Assembly: GCA_964022195.1 (NCBI GenBank)
Contig: CAXIAS010000003.1
Span: forward strand, 13,574-77,573
DNA: 64,000 bases
Reading direction: 5' to 3'
From: an uncultured Roseobacteraceae bacterium
GTDB lineage: Bacteria; Pseudomonadota; Alphaproteobacteria; Rhodobacterales; Rhodobacteraceae
Positions 28,634 through 39,089 of this stretch are shown here, piece after piece; position 1 is the first letter of the stretch, and every line of letters starts with the position of its first letter. Below the pieces are notes generated by a model, which was not told where the DNA came from, searched no databases, and saw only the letters and a program-made list of their open reading frames with translations. Position numbers and translations under genes: made by a program.

Positions 28634-29356
28634 ATGGGACGTGTAGCACTAGTTACCGGCGGATCGCGCGGCATCGGCGAGGCCATATCGAAACAGCTAC
28701 AGGCGGATGGGATGACAGTCGCCGCGACCTACGCAGGCAACGATGAAGCGGCCGCAAAGTTCACCAAAGCGACGGGTATCAAAACCTACAAATGGAATGT
28801 TGCGGATTACGATAGCTCCAAGGCAGGTATCGCACAGGTCGAGGCGGATTTGGGTCCGATCGACGTTGTGGTGGCCAACGCCGGAATTACCCGCGACGCG
28901 CCTTTCCATAAAATGACACCAGAGCAATGGCACCAAGTCGTGGACACCAATCTGACGGGCGTTTTCAACACAGTGCACCCCATCTGGCCTGGCATGCGCG
29001 AGCGCAAATTCGGACGTGTTATTGTTATCAGCTCGATCAACGGTCAAAAAGGCCAGTTCGCCCAAGTCAATTATGCCGCAACCAAAGCCGGTGATCTGGG
29101 CATCGTCAAATCACTAGCTCAAGAAGGCGCCCGCGCGGGCATTACAGCCAACGCTATCTGCCCGGGCTACATCGCGACCGAAATGGTCATGGCCGTGCCG
29201 GAAAAGGTACGCGACTCGATCATCGGTCAAATCCCCACAGGCCGCCTGGGCGAGCCTGAAGAGATCGCACGCTGCGTGTCGTTCCTTGCCTCTGATGACA
29301 GCGGCTTTATCAACGGGTCGACAATTTCTGCCAACGGCGCCCAGTTCTTTGCCTGA
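28634..29356 (+). CDS. phaB: acetoacetyl-CoA reductase
   Basis: SDR with TGGSRGIG, NAG and a YxxxK context. The 240-aa product is paired with phaA. Confidence 0.9.
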   Translation: MGRVALVTGGSRGIGEAISKQLQADGMTVAATYAGNDEAAAKFTKATGIKTYKWNVADYDSSKAGIAQVEADLGPIDVVVANAGITRDAPFHKMTPEQWHQVVDTNLTGVFNTVHPIWPGMRERKFGRVIVISSINGQKGQFAQVNYAATKAGDLGIVKSLAQEGARAGITANAICPGYIATEMVMAVPEKVRDSIIGQIPTGRLGEPEEIARCVSFLASDDSGFINGSTISANGAQFFA

Positions 29357-29374
29357 TTAGCAGGCTTGTTAACG

Positions 29375-29408
29375 AAAAAGGGCCGCACCCGATGGTGCGG
29401 CCCTTTTT
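29375..29408. terminator. bidirectional rho-independent terminator
   Basis: AAAAA-GGGCCGCACC-CGAT-GGTGCGGCCC-TTTTT lies between the convergent phaB and the DUF465-like gene. Confidence 0.75.
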
Positions 29409-29424
29409 GTGACGTCTGATGCGC

Positions 29425-29592
29425 TTAATGCGCGTTCAGCTTGGCGATCTCTTGTTTGAGGGCCAGCTTTTTCTTTTTCATTGCAGAAATTTCAAGATCA
29501 TTGGATCCGGGGGCGCGTTGCAGCCCTTCCACTGAATCCGAGAGGTGTTGGTGTTTCTTCTTCAGTTCCTGCACATGCGAACTCAAGCTCAT
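29425..29592 (-). CDS. DUF465 (YdcH-like) small coiled-coil protein
   Basis: ORF 29425..29742 trimmed to ATG 29592, which is preceded by GGAGGA. The 55-aa product is MSLSSHVQELKKKHQHLSDSVEGLQRAPGSNDLEISAMKKKKLALKQEIAKLNAH. Confidence 0.7.
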   Translation of the reverse strand: MSLSSHVQELKKKHQHLSDSVEGLQRAPGSNDLEISAMKKKKLALKQEIAKLNAH

Positions 29593-29710
29593 AGTCGTCC
29601 TCCTCTGGTGTGTATAGACGTTTAGTGCACCACATATTCGACCTTCTGTCACGCTGCGTGGCAGCATTTGATGCGTACTCAACGATAGACGGCCATTTCT
29701 TGCCAAACGG

Positions 29711-30439
29711 TTAATTTGTAATCGGCAAAGCGTCCCCGTCACGCAATATCGCGCGTAGCTGGGGGGTGTAACTCTCGCGGTCGCCGTCGTGCGTATCGCC
29801 TTCGTGCATGATTAACGATGGCAGTAACCTGAACGGCGCACGACCGCTGTGGCGTGCTTGCAAGATGAACAAATGCGGTGGCCGACCCGTACGGGCCGCA
29901 ACCGGCAAAACAATCACCGACCCCAAAACAGCGGGCATCTGTCCCAATGCCTCGGGTAGACGCTCGATCCGGTTGATCATCGACAGATGGCCTTTGGGGG
30001 CCAGTCGTTTGGCCGCAATCGCAAGCCAATCGGCCAGCGGCGTGCAGCCCCCCATGGCCACGTCGCGACCGGCGTTCGGGGACGCAGACCCCGATGACCG
30101 GTCAAAATAGGGCGGGTTCATGATGACGTGCTGGTATTGCGTGTTGCGGACGGTGTCAGGCAGGGCGCGCAGGTCGGCTGTCACAACGTCCAGCCCGTTT
30201 CGGCGCGCCAAATCGGCGTAACCGTCTTGGACCTCGACCCCTGTTATCGACACAGGCACACGCGCCTGAAGGCATAGCGACGCAACCCCAACGCCACAGC
30301 CCAATTCCAGCACCCGCGCACCGGGCATAGCTGGCACGCTGGCCGCCAGTAAAACCGCGTCAACACCGGCGCGATATCCTTTGGCGGGCTGCAGCGCGCG
30401 GACCTTGCCGCTAAGAAAATCGTCGCAGGTGGTGTCCAT
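29711..30439 (-). CDS. SAM-dependent N6-adenine methyltransferase (YfiC/TrmN6-like)
   Basis: SAM motif VLELGCGVG and catalytic NPPY (VIMNPPYF) are both present. Confidence 0.82.
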   Translation of the reverse strand: MDTTCDDFLSGKVRALQPAKGYRAGVDAVLLAASVPAMPGARVLELGCGVGVASLCLQARVPVSITGVEVQDGYADLARRNGLDVVTADLRALPDTVRNTQYQHVIMNPPYFDRSSGSASPNAGRDVAMGGCTPLADWLAIAAKRLAPKGHLSMINRIERLPEALGQMPAVLGSVIVLPVAARTGRPPHLFILQARHSGRAPFRLLPSLIMHEGDTHDGDRESYTPQLRAILRDGDALPITN

Positions 30440-30690
30440 CAGCGGCCCAAATCGATGTCGTTGTCACGCATGATCGCCTCGGCCATGAACAGATCACGGT
30501 CTATGACCATCAAGCGGCGCGGCAAAATGCCTATGCTGCCTTCCAGGGCACTCATATGGACGTCGAATTGAAACACAGCTATATCACTGTCCTCAAGGAG
30601 GGCAGTCGCATAAGCGATGACCGTCGGGTCATTTGTGCGCAAAAGCTCTTTCATAATCCTGACGTAAGATGCATCAACGTCTTTGTCCAT
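30439..30690 (-). CDS. small hypothetical protein (DUF2007-like putative signal-transducing fold)
   Basis: The 83-aa ORF has a stop that overlaps the methyltransferase start by 1 nt (TGATG). The family assignment is from memory only. Confidence 0.55.
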   Translation of the reverse strand: MDKDVDASYVRIMKELLRTNDPTVIAYATALLEDSDIAVFQFDVHMSALEGSIGILPRRLMVIDRDLFMAEAIMRDNDIDLGR

Positions 30691-30711
30691 TCACGCTTAC
30701 GGAACACGCGC

Positions 30712-31710
30712 ATGAGCCTTGATATCGCCGCCACCAAGCCACACGAGCAACTGGCCTCAGCCTTGGCCGCCGATCTGGATGCCGTGAATGAAACGATCCG
30801 GACACGTATGGCGTCCGAACACGCCCCCCGCATCCCCGAGGTAACGGCCCATCTGGTCGAAGCAGGCGGCAAGCGGCTGCGCCCGATGCTGACATTGGCT
30901 GCAGCGCGGATGTGCGGGTATGACGGACCCTATCATGTGCATCTGGCCGCGACGGTCGAATTCATTCACACGGCAACCTTGCTACACGACGACGTTGTCG
31001 ACGAAAGCGATCAGCGCCGCGGCCGTCCGACAGCCAATTTGCTGTGGGATAACACGTCGTCGGTATTGGTGGGCGACTATCTGTTCGCGCGTTCGTTCCA
31101 GCTGATGGTTGAAACTGGGTCCATGCGGGTGTTGGATATTCTGGCGAATGCCTCGGCCACAATTGCCGAGGGCGAAGTATTGCAACTGACCGCGGCTGCA
31201 GATCTGGCTACAACAGAAGACATCTACTTCAAGGTCGTACGCGGCAAAACCGCGGCCTTGTTTTCTGCGGCTATGGAAGTCGGCGGTGTGATCGCTGCGG
31301 CTGACGAGCCGCTGGTCAAAGCGCTGTTCGACTATGGTGACGCGCTGGGTATTTCATTCCAGATTGTGGACGATTTGCTGGATTACGGTGGCACGGAGGC
31401 CACGGGAAAAAACGTCGGCGACGATTTTCGCGAACGCAAGCTGACCCTGCCGGTGATCCGCGCGGTTGCCGCAGCCGACGCCGATGAACGGGCGTTTTGG
31501 GATCGCACCATTGCCAAGGGCAAACAGTCCGACGGTGATCTGGAACACGCCCTCGAGCTATTGACCAAACATGGCACCATGCACAGCACACGTGACACGG
31601 CCGTTGAATGGGCCGAGCGGGCCAAATCGGCACTGGACCCGATCCCCGATCATGCATTGAAATCCATGTTGGTCGATCTGGCCGATTATGTTGTCGCACG
31701 GATCACTTGA
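30712..31710 (+). CDS. ispB: polyprenyl (octaprenyl/decaprenyl) diphosphate synthase
   Basis: ORF trimmed to ATG 30712. Both DDxxD motifs are present (LLHDDVVDESDQRRG and QIVDDLLDY). Confidence 0.9.
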   Translation: MSLDIAATKPHEQLASALAADLDAVNETIRTRMASEHAPRIPEVTAHLVEAGGKRLRPMLTLAAARMCGYDGPYHVHLAATVEFIHTATLLHDDVVDESDQRRGRPTANLLWDNTSSVLVGDYLFARSFQLMVETGSMRVLDILANASATIAEGEVLQLTAAADLATTEDIYFKVVRGKTAALFSAAMEVGGVIAAADEPLVKALFDYGDALGISFQIVDDLLDYGGTEATGKNVGDDFRERKLTLPVIRAVAAADADERAFWDRTIAKGKQSDGDLEHALELLTKHGTMHSTRDTAVEWAERAKSALDPIPDHALKSMLVDLADYVVARIT

Positions 31711-31721
31711 ATTCAGACGAA

Positions 31722-31744
31722 GGGCCATGGGCTAAAGCCCATGG
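31722..31744 (+). terminator. weak hairpin after ispB (CCATGGGC-TAAA-GCCCATGG), no T-run
   Basis: Read directly. The missing U-tract makes its function uncertain. Confidence 0.25.
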
Positions 31745-31780
31745 TGACGGTCCCGCAGGCCGGTCGCCAGATAACAGACG

Positions 31781-32638
31781 CTACAACAGTGGTGCCGGCG
31801 CAACCCACCAACCCATATTGGCCACCTGAATGGCCCTCGCGACCTGACGGGCGTCGGCCATGTTGCGCACGATACCATAACAGGTCGCTCCGCTGCCCGA
31901 CATCCCCGCATGCCCAACCAAAGGCATCCGTCTTAGCGCCAAGATCGCATCGCTGATCTGCGGTGCGACAGACAATGCAGGGGCCATCAGGTCGTTGCGT
32001 TGCTTTTGCAGCCACGCACAAAGCCCGTCATAGGTCAGCCCGTTCGGGACCACATCCATAGACGGGTTCCGCTTGGTCGCGAGCCCGTCAAAGATCCCTG
32101 CAGTCGGGACCGGCACTTGCGGATTGACCAAGACAATGGCGCAATCGGGCAGGGACGGGCAGGGAATCAATGTCTCGCCGATGCCGGTCATCCGGATGGG
32201 ATCAGGTGCATGAAGACAAACCGGAACATCTGCGCCCAGTGCCAGAACCTCGGGGGCATTGGGGGCCAACGGTTCTACGTTCCATAAGTTGGCCAACATC
32301 GCCAAGGTCAGCGCCGCATCAGAGCTGCCGCTGCCGATGCCTGCCGCATGGGGTAGGTTCTTGTCCAAGGTGATAGTGGCGCCCAGTTCGACACCCCGCG
32401 CGCGCTGCAACGCCACAGCTGCCCGCATCACGATGTTAGCGTCGTCCGTGGGAACACCATGCGAAAAGGGGCCGGAAACGGACAGCCGCAGCCGCGGCGC
32501 GGCCGTCGCCGTAATTTCGTCATAGACGCCGGCAAACGCGACCAAGCTGTCCAGCAGATGGTAGCCGTCGGTCCGTTGTCCTGTGACATGAAGCGTCAGG
32601 TTGATCTTGGCAGGTGCGCTGCCCCTAATCGTCGCCAT
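31781..32638 (-). CDS. ispE: 4-diphosphocytidyl-2-C-methyl-D-erythritol kinase
   Basis: ORF trimmed to ATG 32638 (MATIRGSAPAKINLTLHVTGQRTDGYHLLDS). It has the GHMP kinase motif GIGSGSSDA. Confidence 0.9.
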   Translation of the reverse strand: MATIRGSAPAKINLTLHVTGQRTDGYHLLDSLVAFAGVYDEITATAAPRLRLSVSGPFSHGVPTDDANIVMRAAVALQRARGVELGATITLDKNLPHAAGIGSGSSDAALTLAMLANLWNVEPLAPNAPEVLALGADVPVCLHAPDPIRMTGIGETLIPCPSLPDCAIVLVNPQVPVPTAGIFDGLATKRNPSMDVVPNGLTYDGLCAWLQKQRNDLMAPALSVAPQISDAILALRRMPLVGHAGMSGSGATCYGIVRNMADARQVARAIQVANMGWWVAPAPLL

Positions 32639-34322
32639 TGGCGCTGCGCAGCGGCTCTGCACCCTCTTGGTCAAGCACAGCATCCAATCCGATCAGCAAT
32701 TTATTGCGGATGCGGGCCGCGTCCACGTCGGTCGGTTCAAATGACAACGCACGGTTCCACTGGAAATGCGCCTCGATGGTGCGCCCGACAGCCCAATATG
32801 CATCCCCGAGGTGATCGTTGATTATGGGGTCAACCGGCATCAAGGATGCGGCCGTTTCCAGATGGCCAACGGCTTCTTGGTATTTGGCGAACTGGAACAA
32901 AACCCACCCCAGACTGTCGACGATCGCCCCGTTTTGCGGCTGTGCGGCGACCGCGCGCTCGATCATGTCCAACGCTTCGTCCAGATTGATGTTTCGCTCG
33001 ACCATGGAATAGCCAAGGTAGTTCAACACGCCGGGCTGGTTGGGATTCAGGGCCAGTGCAGCGCGAAAATCAGCCTCGGCGGCGGTCCAGTCGTCCGACA
33101 AATGATGAGCAATCCCGCGGGTATAATAAACGAGCCATTTGACAGGATCTTCATCAGAATAGATCGTCAACGCACGGGTATATGCCGCGATCGCGTCGCC
33201 ATGACGTTCTGCTGCGCGCAACGTATCCCCCAGCGTTGCATGCCCCCGCGCATAATCTGGATTGTCGGCCTGCAAGGCCTCGAGAACTTCGATCGCCGCG
33301 TCGGTTTTACCAGCGCGCCGCAAGGCACCCGCACGCCCAAGTTCGGCAACCTGCGCGGCAAAACTATCGTCAGGAACGCTGCGGTAGGCGGCGTTGGCCA
33401 GATCGAATTGGTCCAATCTTTCCAGCACAGTTCCGGCCATCAAAATGGCGTCGGTGTTGGCCGGGTCCAGATAGGCGGCGGCGCGTGCATACAGCAAGGT
33501 ATAGGTATCCAATGCCTCGCCATCGACGGCCTGGCCAACAGCCAGATACAGCTCGGCCATGCCCGCGCGGGCGGACGGCGTATACGAAAACGGGATGGCC
33601 TCGCCGGCCTCTAGACGGGTGCGTAGGTCGGCGATCAACGGGTCTTGGGTCTGGCCGAAAACAACGTCGATCACTGCAATAGCGGCCGCAAAATCGTCTA
33701 GCTGGCTAAGGATTTGGGCATGGGCAACTGCACTGCGCGCCGTATACCGCAACCCACCACCGGGGCCTGTCGAAAACAGATCGTGCGCGCCCTCAAAGTC
33801 GCCCACAGATGCCAGCGCATAGGCCTTGTGAAGAGATCCAAAACTGCCCAGTCCGGCCTCTTCGATGACGGTATCAAATGATGCCAAGCTTTCGGTCATC
33901 TGGCCCAAGCCTACCTTGGCCCAAGCCTGCGACAACGCGTCGATCAGGGGGCCAATTTCGCGACCTGTTTCCAGATCAGACAGGATGCGATCCCAGTTGC
34001 CTGTCTTGGCGGCCTGAACGTTGCGCACCAGATGGGCCAGCTGACTGGTCAACCCGCTGTCCACCATCTGATCGGCGATGACAGCGGCACGTTCAAATTC
34101 CCCCAACCCCGCAAACGACAGGACCGCGTTTTCCAACAAATACGGATTTGTGGGGTCTGCCATCAGGCTTTGGGTGAAATACCGCGTCGAGGCGGTAAAA
34201 TCATTAGCCATATCGGCCTGACGTGCGGCCAGATAGGCGCCAACATCTGCATCCGCCACAACCGGCGCAGATGGCAGAGCGATGGCAAGAACAGTGGTTG
34301 TCAAAAAGGAGCGTAGTTTCAC
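32625..34322 (-). CDS. secreted tetratricopeptide-repeat (TPR) protein
   Basis: It has a signal peptide (MKLRSFLTTTVLAIALPSAPVVA) and many TPR-like A/Y/L repeats. Its 3' end overlaps the ispE start by 14 nt. Confidence 0.82.
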   Translation of the reverse strand: MKLRSFLTTTVLAIALPSAPVVADADVGAYLAARQADMANDFTASTRYFTQSLMADPTNPYLLENAVLSFAGLGEFERAAVIADQMVDSGLTSQLAHLVRNVQAAKTGNWDRILSDLETGREIGPLIDALSQAWAKVGLGQMTESLASFDTVIEEAGLGSFGSLHKAYALASVGDFEGAHDLFSTGPGGGLRYTARSAVAHAQILSQLDDFAAAIAVIDVVFGQTQDPLIADLRTRLEAGEAIPFSYTPSARAGMAELYLAVGQAVDGEALDTYTLLYARAAAYLDPANTDAILMAGTVLERLDQFDLANAAYRSVPDDSFAAQVAELGRAGALRRAGKTDAAIEVLEALQADNPDYARGHATLGDTLRAAERHGDAIAAYTRALTIYSDEDPVKWLVYYTRGIAHHLSDDWTAAEADFRAALALNPNQPGVLNYLGYSMVERNINLDEALDMIERAVAAQPQNGAIVDSLGWVLFQFAKYQEAVGHLETAASLMPVDPIINDHLGDAYWAVGRTIEAHFQWNRALSFEPTDVDAARIRNKLLIGLDAVLDQEGAEPLRSANGDD

Positions 34323-34416
34323 AAGAGCGGACCTGTCTAGAATGCGTCTGCTATACCCTATGCGCGGGGTGCAGTTACCGCAACGCCAAGCCGGTCACGT
34401 GCGCGAGATGTCGCAA

Positions 34417-34444
34417 GAAAAAGGGCCAGAGGATATCCGGCCCT
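34417..34444 (-). terminator. rho-independent terminator candidate after ETF-QO
   Basis: The minus strand reads AAGGGCC-11 nt-GGCCCTT followed by TTTC; the stem and T-run share bases. Confidence 0.45.
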
Positions 34445-34451
34445 TGATCGT

Positions 34452-36101
34452 TTACATGTTTGGATAGTTCGGCCCGTCGCCGCCTTGGGGGACCGTCCAG
34501 TTGATGTTCTGGCTCGGGTCCTTGATGTCGCAGGTTTTGCAATGCACGCAGTTCTGGAAATTGATGACGAACTGCTGTTCACCGTCCTTTTCCACCACCT
34601 CATAGACACCGGCAGGGCAATAGCGCTGCGCGGGCTCGTCATACAGGGGCAGGTTGGTGCCGATCGGCACGGCGCTGTCGTTTAGGTGCAAGTGCGCAGG
34701 CTGGCTTTCTTCGTGATTGGTAAAGCTGAATGCCACGTTGGTCAGCCTGTCAAACGACAGCTTGCCATCGGGTTTTGGGTAATCGATGGGTTTGTGGTTT
34801 GCCGCAGGTTCGGTCGACTGGGCGTCGTTTTTGCCGTGCTTAAGCGTGCCAAACAGCGAGAATTTGAAGATCGTCTGGAACCACATATCAAATCCGCCAA
34901 ACGCCATGCCGCCCAATGGGCCAAACCGCGCGTTCAATGGGGCCACATTGCGGACCCGCTTGAGGTCTTGACCAACAACACCTGATTTCAGGGCGTCGTT
35001 ATAGGCCGTCAATGTATCGCCCGTGCGGCCATCGGTGATCGCCGCATAGGCCGCCTCGGCGGCCTCGATGCCAGAATGCATCGCGTTATGGTTGCCTTTG
35101 ATACGTGGCAGGTTCACCAGACCGGCAGAGCAACCCAGCAACGCGCCGCCCGGAAACGCGACCTCGGGGATCGACTGGAACCCGCCCTTGGTCACAGCGC
35201 GCGCGCCATAGGACACGCGTTTGCCGCCCTCCAATAGGGCCGCGACCTTGGGGTGGTGCTTGAATTTCTGGAATTCCATATAGGGGAACATGTAGGGGTT
35301 TTTGTAGTTTAGGTCGATGATGTATCCGACATAGACCTGATTGTTATCAAGGTGGTAGATGAATGATCCGCCGCCGTTTTTGAACCCGACGGGCCAGCCT
35401 AATGTGTGCGTGACCTCGCCTTCATTGTGCTTGGCAGGGTCGACTTCCCAGATTTCCTTCATGCCGATGCCGAATTTTGGCACGTCGCAATCGGCGTCCA
35501 GATCGTATTTCGCGATGACCTCTTTGGACAGGGAACCACGCACACCTTCGGACAAGAACACGTATTTACCGTTCAGGATCATGCCCGGCTCGGTGTTGGG
35601 GCCGATTGTGCCGTCTGCCTCTAGGCCGAATACACCCGCCACGACGCCCTTCAGCTCGCCATTGTCGCCATAGACCAGTTCCGAACAGGCCATGCCGGGA
35701 AAGATCTCGACGCCCAGCTCTTCGGCTTGTTCGGCCATCCAACGGCAAACGTTGCCCATCGACACGATATAGTTGCCGTGGTTGTTCATCAGCGGCGGCA
35801 GAATAGCGTTCGGAATGCGCAGCTTGCCTGCCTCTCCAAGCATATAGAAATTGTCTTCTTTGACAGGCACGTTCAACGGGGCGCCTTTGGCTTTCCAGTC
35901 GGGGATCAGGCGATCCAGGCCTGATGGGTCAAGAACCGCACCCGACAGGATATGCGCGCCGACTTCCGATCCTTTTTCCAAAACGACGACATCCAGGTCG
36001 GCGTTCAACTGCTTGAGGCGGATCGCCGCCGACAAACCGGCTGGGCCGGCACCCACGATGACAACGTCATAGTCCATTTCTTCGCGTTCGATCTGCGACA
36101 T
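34452..36101 (-). CDS. electron-transfer flavoprotein:ubiquinone oxidoreductase
   Basis: ORF 34452..36455 trimmed to ATG 36101 ([29 protein letters not shown]). The C-terminal 4Fe-4S region is NCVHCKTCDIKDP. Confidence 0.93.
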   Translation of the reverse strand: MSQIEREEMDYDVVIVGAGPAGLSAAIRLKQLNADLDVVVLEKGSEVGAHILSGAVLDPSGLDRLIPDWKAKGAPLNVPVKEDNFYMLGEAGKLRIPNAILPPLMNNHGNYIVSMGNVCRWMAEQAEELGVEIFPGMACSELVYGDNGELKGVVAGVFGLEADGTIGPNTEPGMILNGKYVFLSEGVRGSLSKEVIAKYDLDADCDVPKFGIGMKEIWEVDPAKHNEGEVTHTLGWPVGFKNGGGSFIYHLDNNQVYVGYIIDLNYKNPYMFPYMEFQKFKHHPKVAALLEGGKRVSYGARAVTKGGFQSIPEVAFPGGALLGCSAGLVNLPRIKGNHNAMHSGIEAAEAAYAAITDGRTGDTLTAYNDALKSGVVGQDLKRVRNVAPLNARFGPLGGMAFGGFDMWFQTIFKFSLFGTLKHGKNDAQSTEPAANHKPIDYPKPDGKLSFDRLTNVAFSFTNHEESQPAHLHLNDSAVPIGTNLPLYDEPAQRYCPAGVYEVVEKDGEQQFVINFQNCVHCKTCDIKDPSQNINWTVPQGGDGPNYPNM

Positions 36102-36308
36102 ATCTGTCCCTTTATACCAAAGAGGGCGGCGCCCCCGACATATTGTTGCGTATCGGATTATCGTAACCCGCCGCGCTCGGCAATCGCGACGCGACGAAAA
36201 AACACTATTCCGCGACCTCGAAACGCGGGTTGCACTTGACTTTGATCTGCCTGAATAGGGTAGAAACGTTCGATTACTGTTTCTCGCCTCGCAAGGAGGG
36301 CCGCACCT

Positions 36309-36779
36309 ATGGAAAAGATACCCCTGACCCGTGAGGGATTCGATAAACTGGACGCCGAGCTTAAGCATCTTAAGACGGTGGAACGTCCGGCTATCATTCG
36401 CGCCATCGCCGAAGCCCGCGAGCACGGCGACCTGTCCGAAAACGCCGAATACCATTCTGCCAAGGAAAAGCAGTCCTTTATCGAAGGTCGCGTCAAAGAA
36501 TTGGAAAGCGTGATCGGCCTGGCCGATGTGATCGATCCGTCGAAACTGTCAGGCACGATCAAATTCGGCGCACAGGTCGAATTGGTAGACGAGGACACCG
36601 ATGAAGAGAAAACCTATCAAGTCGTTGGCGAATACGAGGCCGACATCGAAGCGGGCCGCCTGAACATCAAATCGCCTTTGGCCCGTGCTTTGATTGGCAA
36701 GGACGAAGGTGATAGTGTCGAGGTGCGCACGCCTGGCGGTGTGCGGTCGTATGAAATCCTTTCGATCAAATACGCGTAG
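36309..36779 (+). CDS. greA: transcription elongation factor GreA
   Basis: [22 protein letters not shown]...[17 protein letters not shown] is a classical GreA sequence. Confidence 0.95.
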   Translation: MEKIPLTREGFDKLDAELKHLKTVERPAIIRAIAEAREHGDLSENAEYHSAKEKQSFIEGRVKELESVIGLADVIDPSKLSGTIKFGAQVELVDEDTDEEKTYQVVGEYEADIEAGRLNIKSPLARALIGKDEGDSVEVRTPGGVRSYEILSIKYA

Positions 36780-36787
36780 GACCCCCT

Positions 36788-37765
36788 ATGGCACCCAAGC
36801 CCAACACAAATCCAACTGGCCGTTCAACCGGTGAGCTGATCGCGATTGCGCTGTCGCTTGTCTGGATCGTGATGGTCGGGCTGTTCTTTTGGCTGTTGCC
36901 GCCCGCGTCCAGCGCGGCTGACCGGTTTGACAGTTTGCGGTTCGTGCTAATGTTGATCGCGATCTTTATGCCTGTGGCGATGATCTGGGTGGCGGCGGCG
37001 GCCAGCAATTCCGCCCGCGTCATGCGTGACGAAAGCCAGCGTTTGCAAGCCGCGATTGACGGCATGCGTCAGACATACATCGACAGCAAAGCTATTCAGC
37101 AATCAGGTGTCCAACCCACGGTCGAGAAAAAGCTGAACGAAATCGCCCAAGCAACCCGCAAAACGGAATCGACGCTGGCGACATTTGCGTCCTCGCGCCC
37201 CGAACAAAAACTGCAAATCACCTCTGTGCGCGCGGTGACGGCTGATGATCAGCCCGCACTGGCCTTGGGCACCAGCGCAGAAGACATCAACCCGCCGTTG
37301 CCGCATGTGGATATGATCCGCGCGTTGAATTTCCCTGACAACGATCAGGACACATCAGGATTTGCCGCATTGCGTCGGGCGCTTAAGGACCGCACTGCGC
37401 GGGCTTTGGTGCAGGCGGCCCAAGACGTGCTGACGCTGATGTCCCAAGACGGGATCTACATGGATGACCTGCGCCCCGATCGCGCCCGACCAGAAATCTG
37501 GCGTCGCTTTGCCACAGGTGAACGTGGGCGCGCGATGGCGGCCCTTGGCGGGGTGCGCGACCGGTCGTCATTGGCTCTGACATCCGGCCGGATGCGCGAA
37601 GACACGATTTTCCGCGATGCAGCGCACCATTTCCTGCGAAATTTCGACAAGGTGCTGATTGAATTTGAAAAAACCGCCACGGACGAAGAAATCAATGCGC
37701 TATCCGAAACCCGCACCGCGCGCGCATTCATGCTATTGGGGCGCGTGACCGGCGCGTTCGACTAA
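36788..37765 (+). CDS. hypothetical membrane protein (2 N-terminal TM helices + soluble domain)
   Basis: The ORF starts 8 nt after the greA stop. It has two hydrophobic helices followed by a charged, coiled-coil-like domain. I recognise no family. Confidence 0.65.
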   Translation: MAPKPNTNPTGRSTGELIAIALSLVWIVMVGLFFWLLPPASSAADRFDSLRFVLMLIAIFMPVAMIWVAAAASNSARVMRDESQRLQAAIDGMRQTYIDSKAIQQSGVQPTVEKKLNEIAQATRKTESTLATFASSRPEQKLQITSVRAVTADDQPALALGTSAEDINPPLPHVDMIRALNFPDNDQDTSGFAALRRALKDRTARALVQAAQDVLTLMSQDGIYMDDLRPDRARPEIWRRFATGERGRAMAALGGVRDRSSLALTSGRMREDTIFRDAAHHFLRNFDKVLIEFEKTATDEEINALSETRTARAFMLLGRVTGAFD

Positions 37766-37786
37766 CCGCAAGACAGGATCAAACCG

Positions 37787-38614
37787 ATGCAAACTGTTTC
37801 CGAAAACCGCTGCTTTGGCGGCACCCAAGGCGTCTATTCCCATCGGTCGGATACGTGCAATTGCGATATGACCTTTGCTGTTTTCCTGCCGGAGGAAGCG
37901 CGGCACGGTCCCGTGCCGGTTCTGTGGTTCCTGTCCGGTTTGACCTGCACCCACGAAAACGCAATGACCAAGGCAGGCGCTCAGGCGTGGGCCGCCGAGC
38001 AGGGCATCGCCCTAGTGTTTCCCGACACATCGCCGCGCGGGGACGATGTGCCAAATGACGACGCCTATGATCTGGGTCAAGGGGCGGGGTTCTACGTTGA
38101 CGCAACGCAGGCGCCATGGGCCGAACATTTCAAAATGTGGTCCTATGTGGCCAATGAGCTGCCGGCGTTGCTGGCCGATCAATTCCCATTGGATATGGAT
38201 CGGCAATCCATCACCGGCCATTCCATGGGCGGGCACGGCGCATTGACCTTGGCGATGGCGCTGCCCGGTCGGTTCAAATCCGTGTCCGCATTCGCACCGA
38301 TCTGTAATCCGACGCAGTCCGATTGGGGTCGCAAACAATTCGCTGCCTATTGGGGGGACGAGGCAAACTGGGGCCCCCATGACGCAACCCTGCTGATGCA
38401 AGGCGGCGGCTTTGACGGCCCGATGCTGATCGACACCGGAACGGATGACCAGTTTGGCGACCTGTTGGGCACCGAAGCCTTGGCCGCGGCCGCAGCGTCC
38501 AAGCGGCAGGACTGCACGATCCGTCTGCAAAAAGGCTATGATCATTCGTATTTCTTTATCTCGACCTTCATGGAAGACCACGTCGCGTTCCACGCCGAGG
38601 CGCTGTATTCGTGA
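37787..38614 (+). CDS. fghA: S-formylglutathione hydrolase (esterase D family)
   Basis: It has the typical N-terminus ([15 protein letters not shown]) and the nucleophile elbow [10 protein letters not shown]. Confidence 0.9.
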   Translation: MQTVSENRCFGGTQGVYSHRSDTCNCDMTFAVFLPEEARHGPVPVLWFLSGLTCTHENAMTKAGAQAWAAEQGIALVFPDTSPRGDDVPNDDAYDLGQGAGFYVDATQAPWAEHFKMWSYVANELPALLADQFPLDMDRQSITGHSMGGHGALTLAMALPGRFKSVSAFAPICNPTQSDWGRKQFAAYWGDEANWGPHDATLLMQGGGFDGPMLIDTGTDDQFGDLLGTEALAAAAASKRQDCTIRLQKGYDHSYFFISTFMEDHVAFHAEALYS

Positions 38615-39057
38615 TCTACGTTGATGCCGATGCCTGCCCCGTCAAGGCCGAAGTCGAACGCGTCGGCACACGGCACAAAATGCGCATGTTTATCGTGTCC
38701 AACGGCGGGTTGCGCCCATCGCAAAACCCGCTGGTGGAAACCGTCATCGTGCCCGACGGTCCCGACGTGGCCGACATGTGGATCGCAGACCGCGCGGGCC
38801 GCGGCGATGTTGTGGTGACGGGCGACATCCCTTTGGCCGCACGCTGTGTCGAAAACGGCGCGCAAGTGATCAAACACAACGGCGAACCGTTGACGCAGGC
38901 CAATATCGGCAATGTCCTTGCGACCCGTGACCTAATGGCAGACGTGCGGGCCGCCGACCCGTTTGCGCAAGGCGGCGGGCGACCGTTTTCCAAGGCCGAC
39001 CGGTCCCGTTTTCTGGATGGATTGGAACGCGCCGTGCGCGCGTCGCAAAAGAGCTAG
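38611..39057 (+). CDS. YaiI/YqxD family protein (UPF0178)
   Basis: [12 protein letters not shown]... is the family N-terminus. The start overlaps the fghA stop. Confidence 0.82.
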   Translation: MIYVDADACPVKAEVERVGTRHKMRMFIVSNGGLRPSQNPLVETVIVPDGPDVADMWIADRAGRGDVVVTGDIPLAARCVENGAQVIKHNGEPLTQANIGNVLATRDLMADVRAADPFAQGGGRPFSKADRSRFLDGLERAVRASQKS

Positions 39058-39089
39058 ACGATCCGACCGCGCCCTGTCACCGATGGCGC

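Noticed and set aside
32766-33614. 282-aa ORF antisense to the TPR protein gene
   Set aside because: It looks like a shadow ORF (Arg/Gly/Gln-rich, no motifs). The minus-strand TPR protein has a signal peptide and a repeat structure.
36102-36455. 118-codon N-terminal extension of the ETF-QO ORF in the track
   Set aside because: The Rossmann motif DYDVVIVGAGPAG directly follows Met at 36101, which is the normal position. The extension is Arg/Ser-rich and runs across the greA promoter region.
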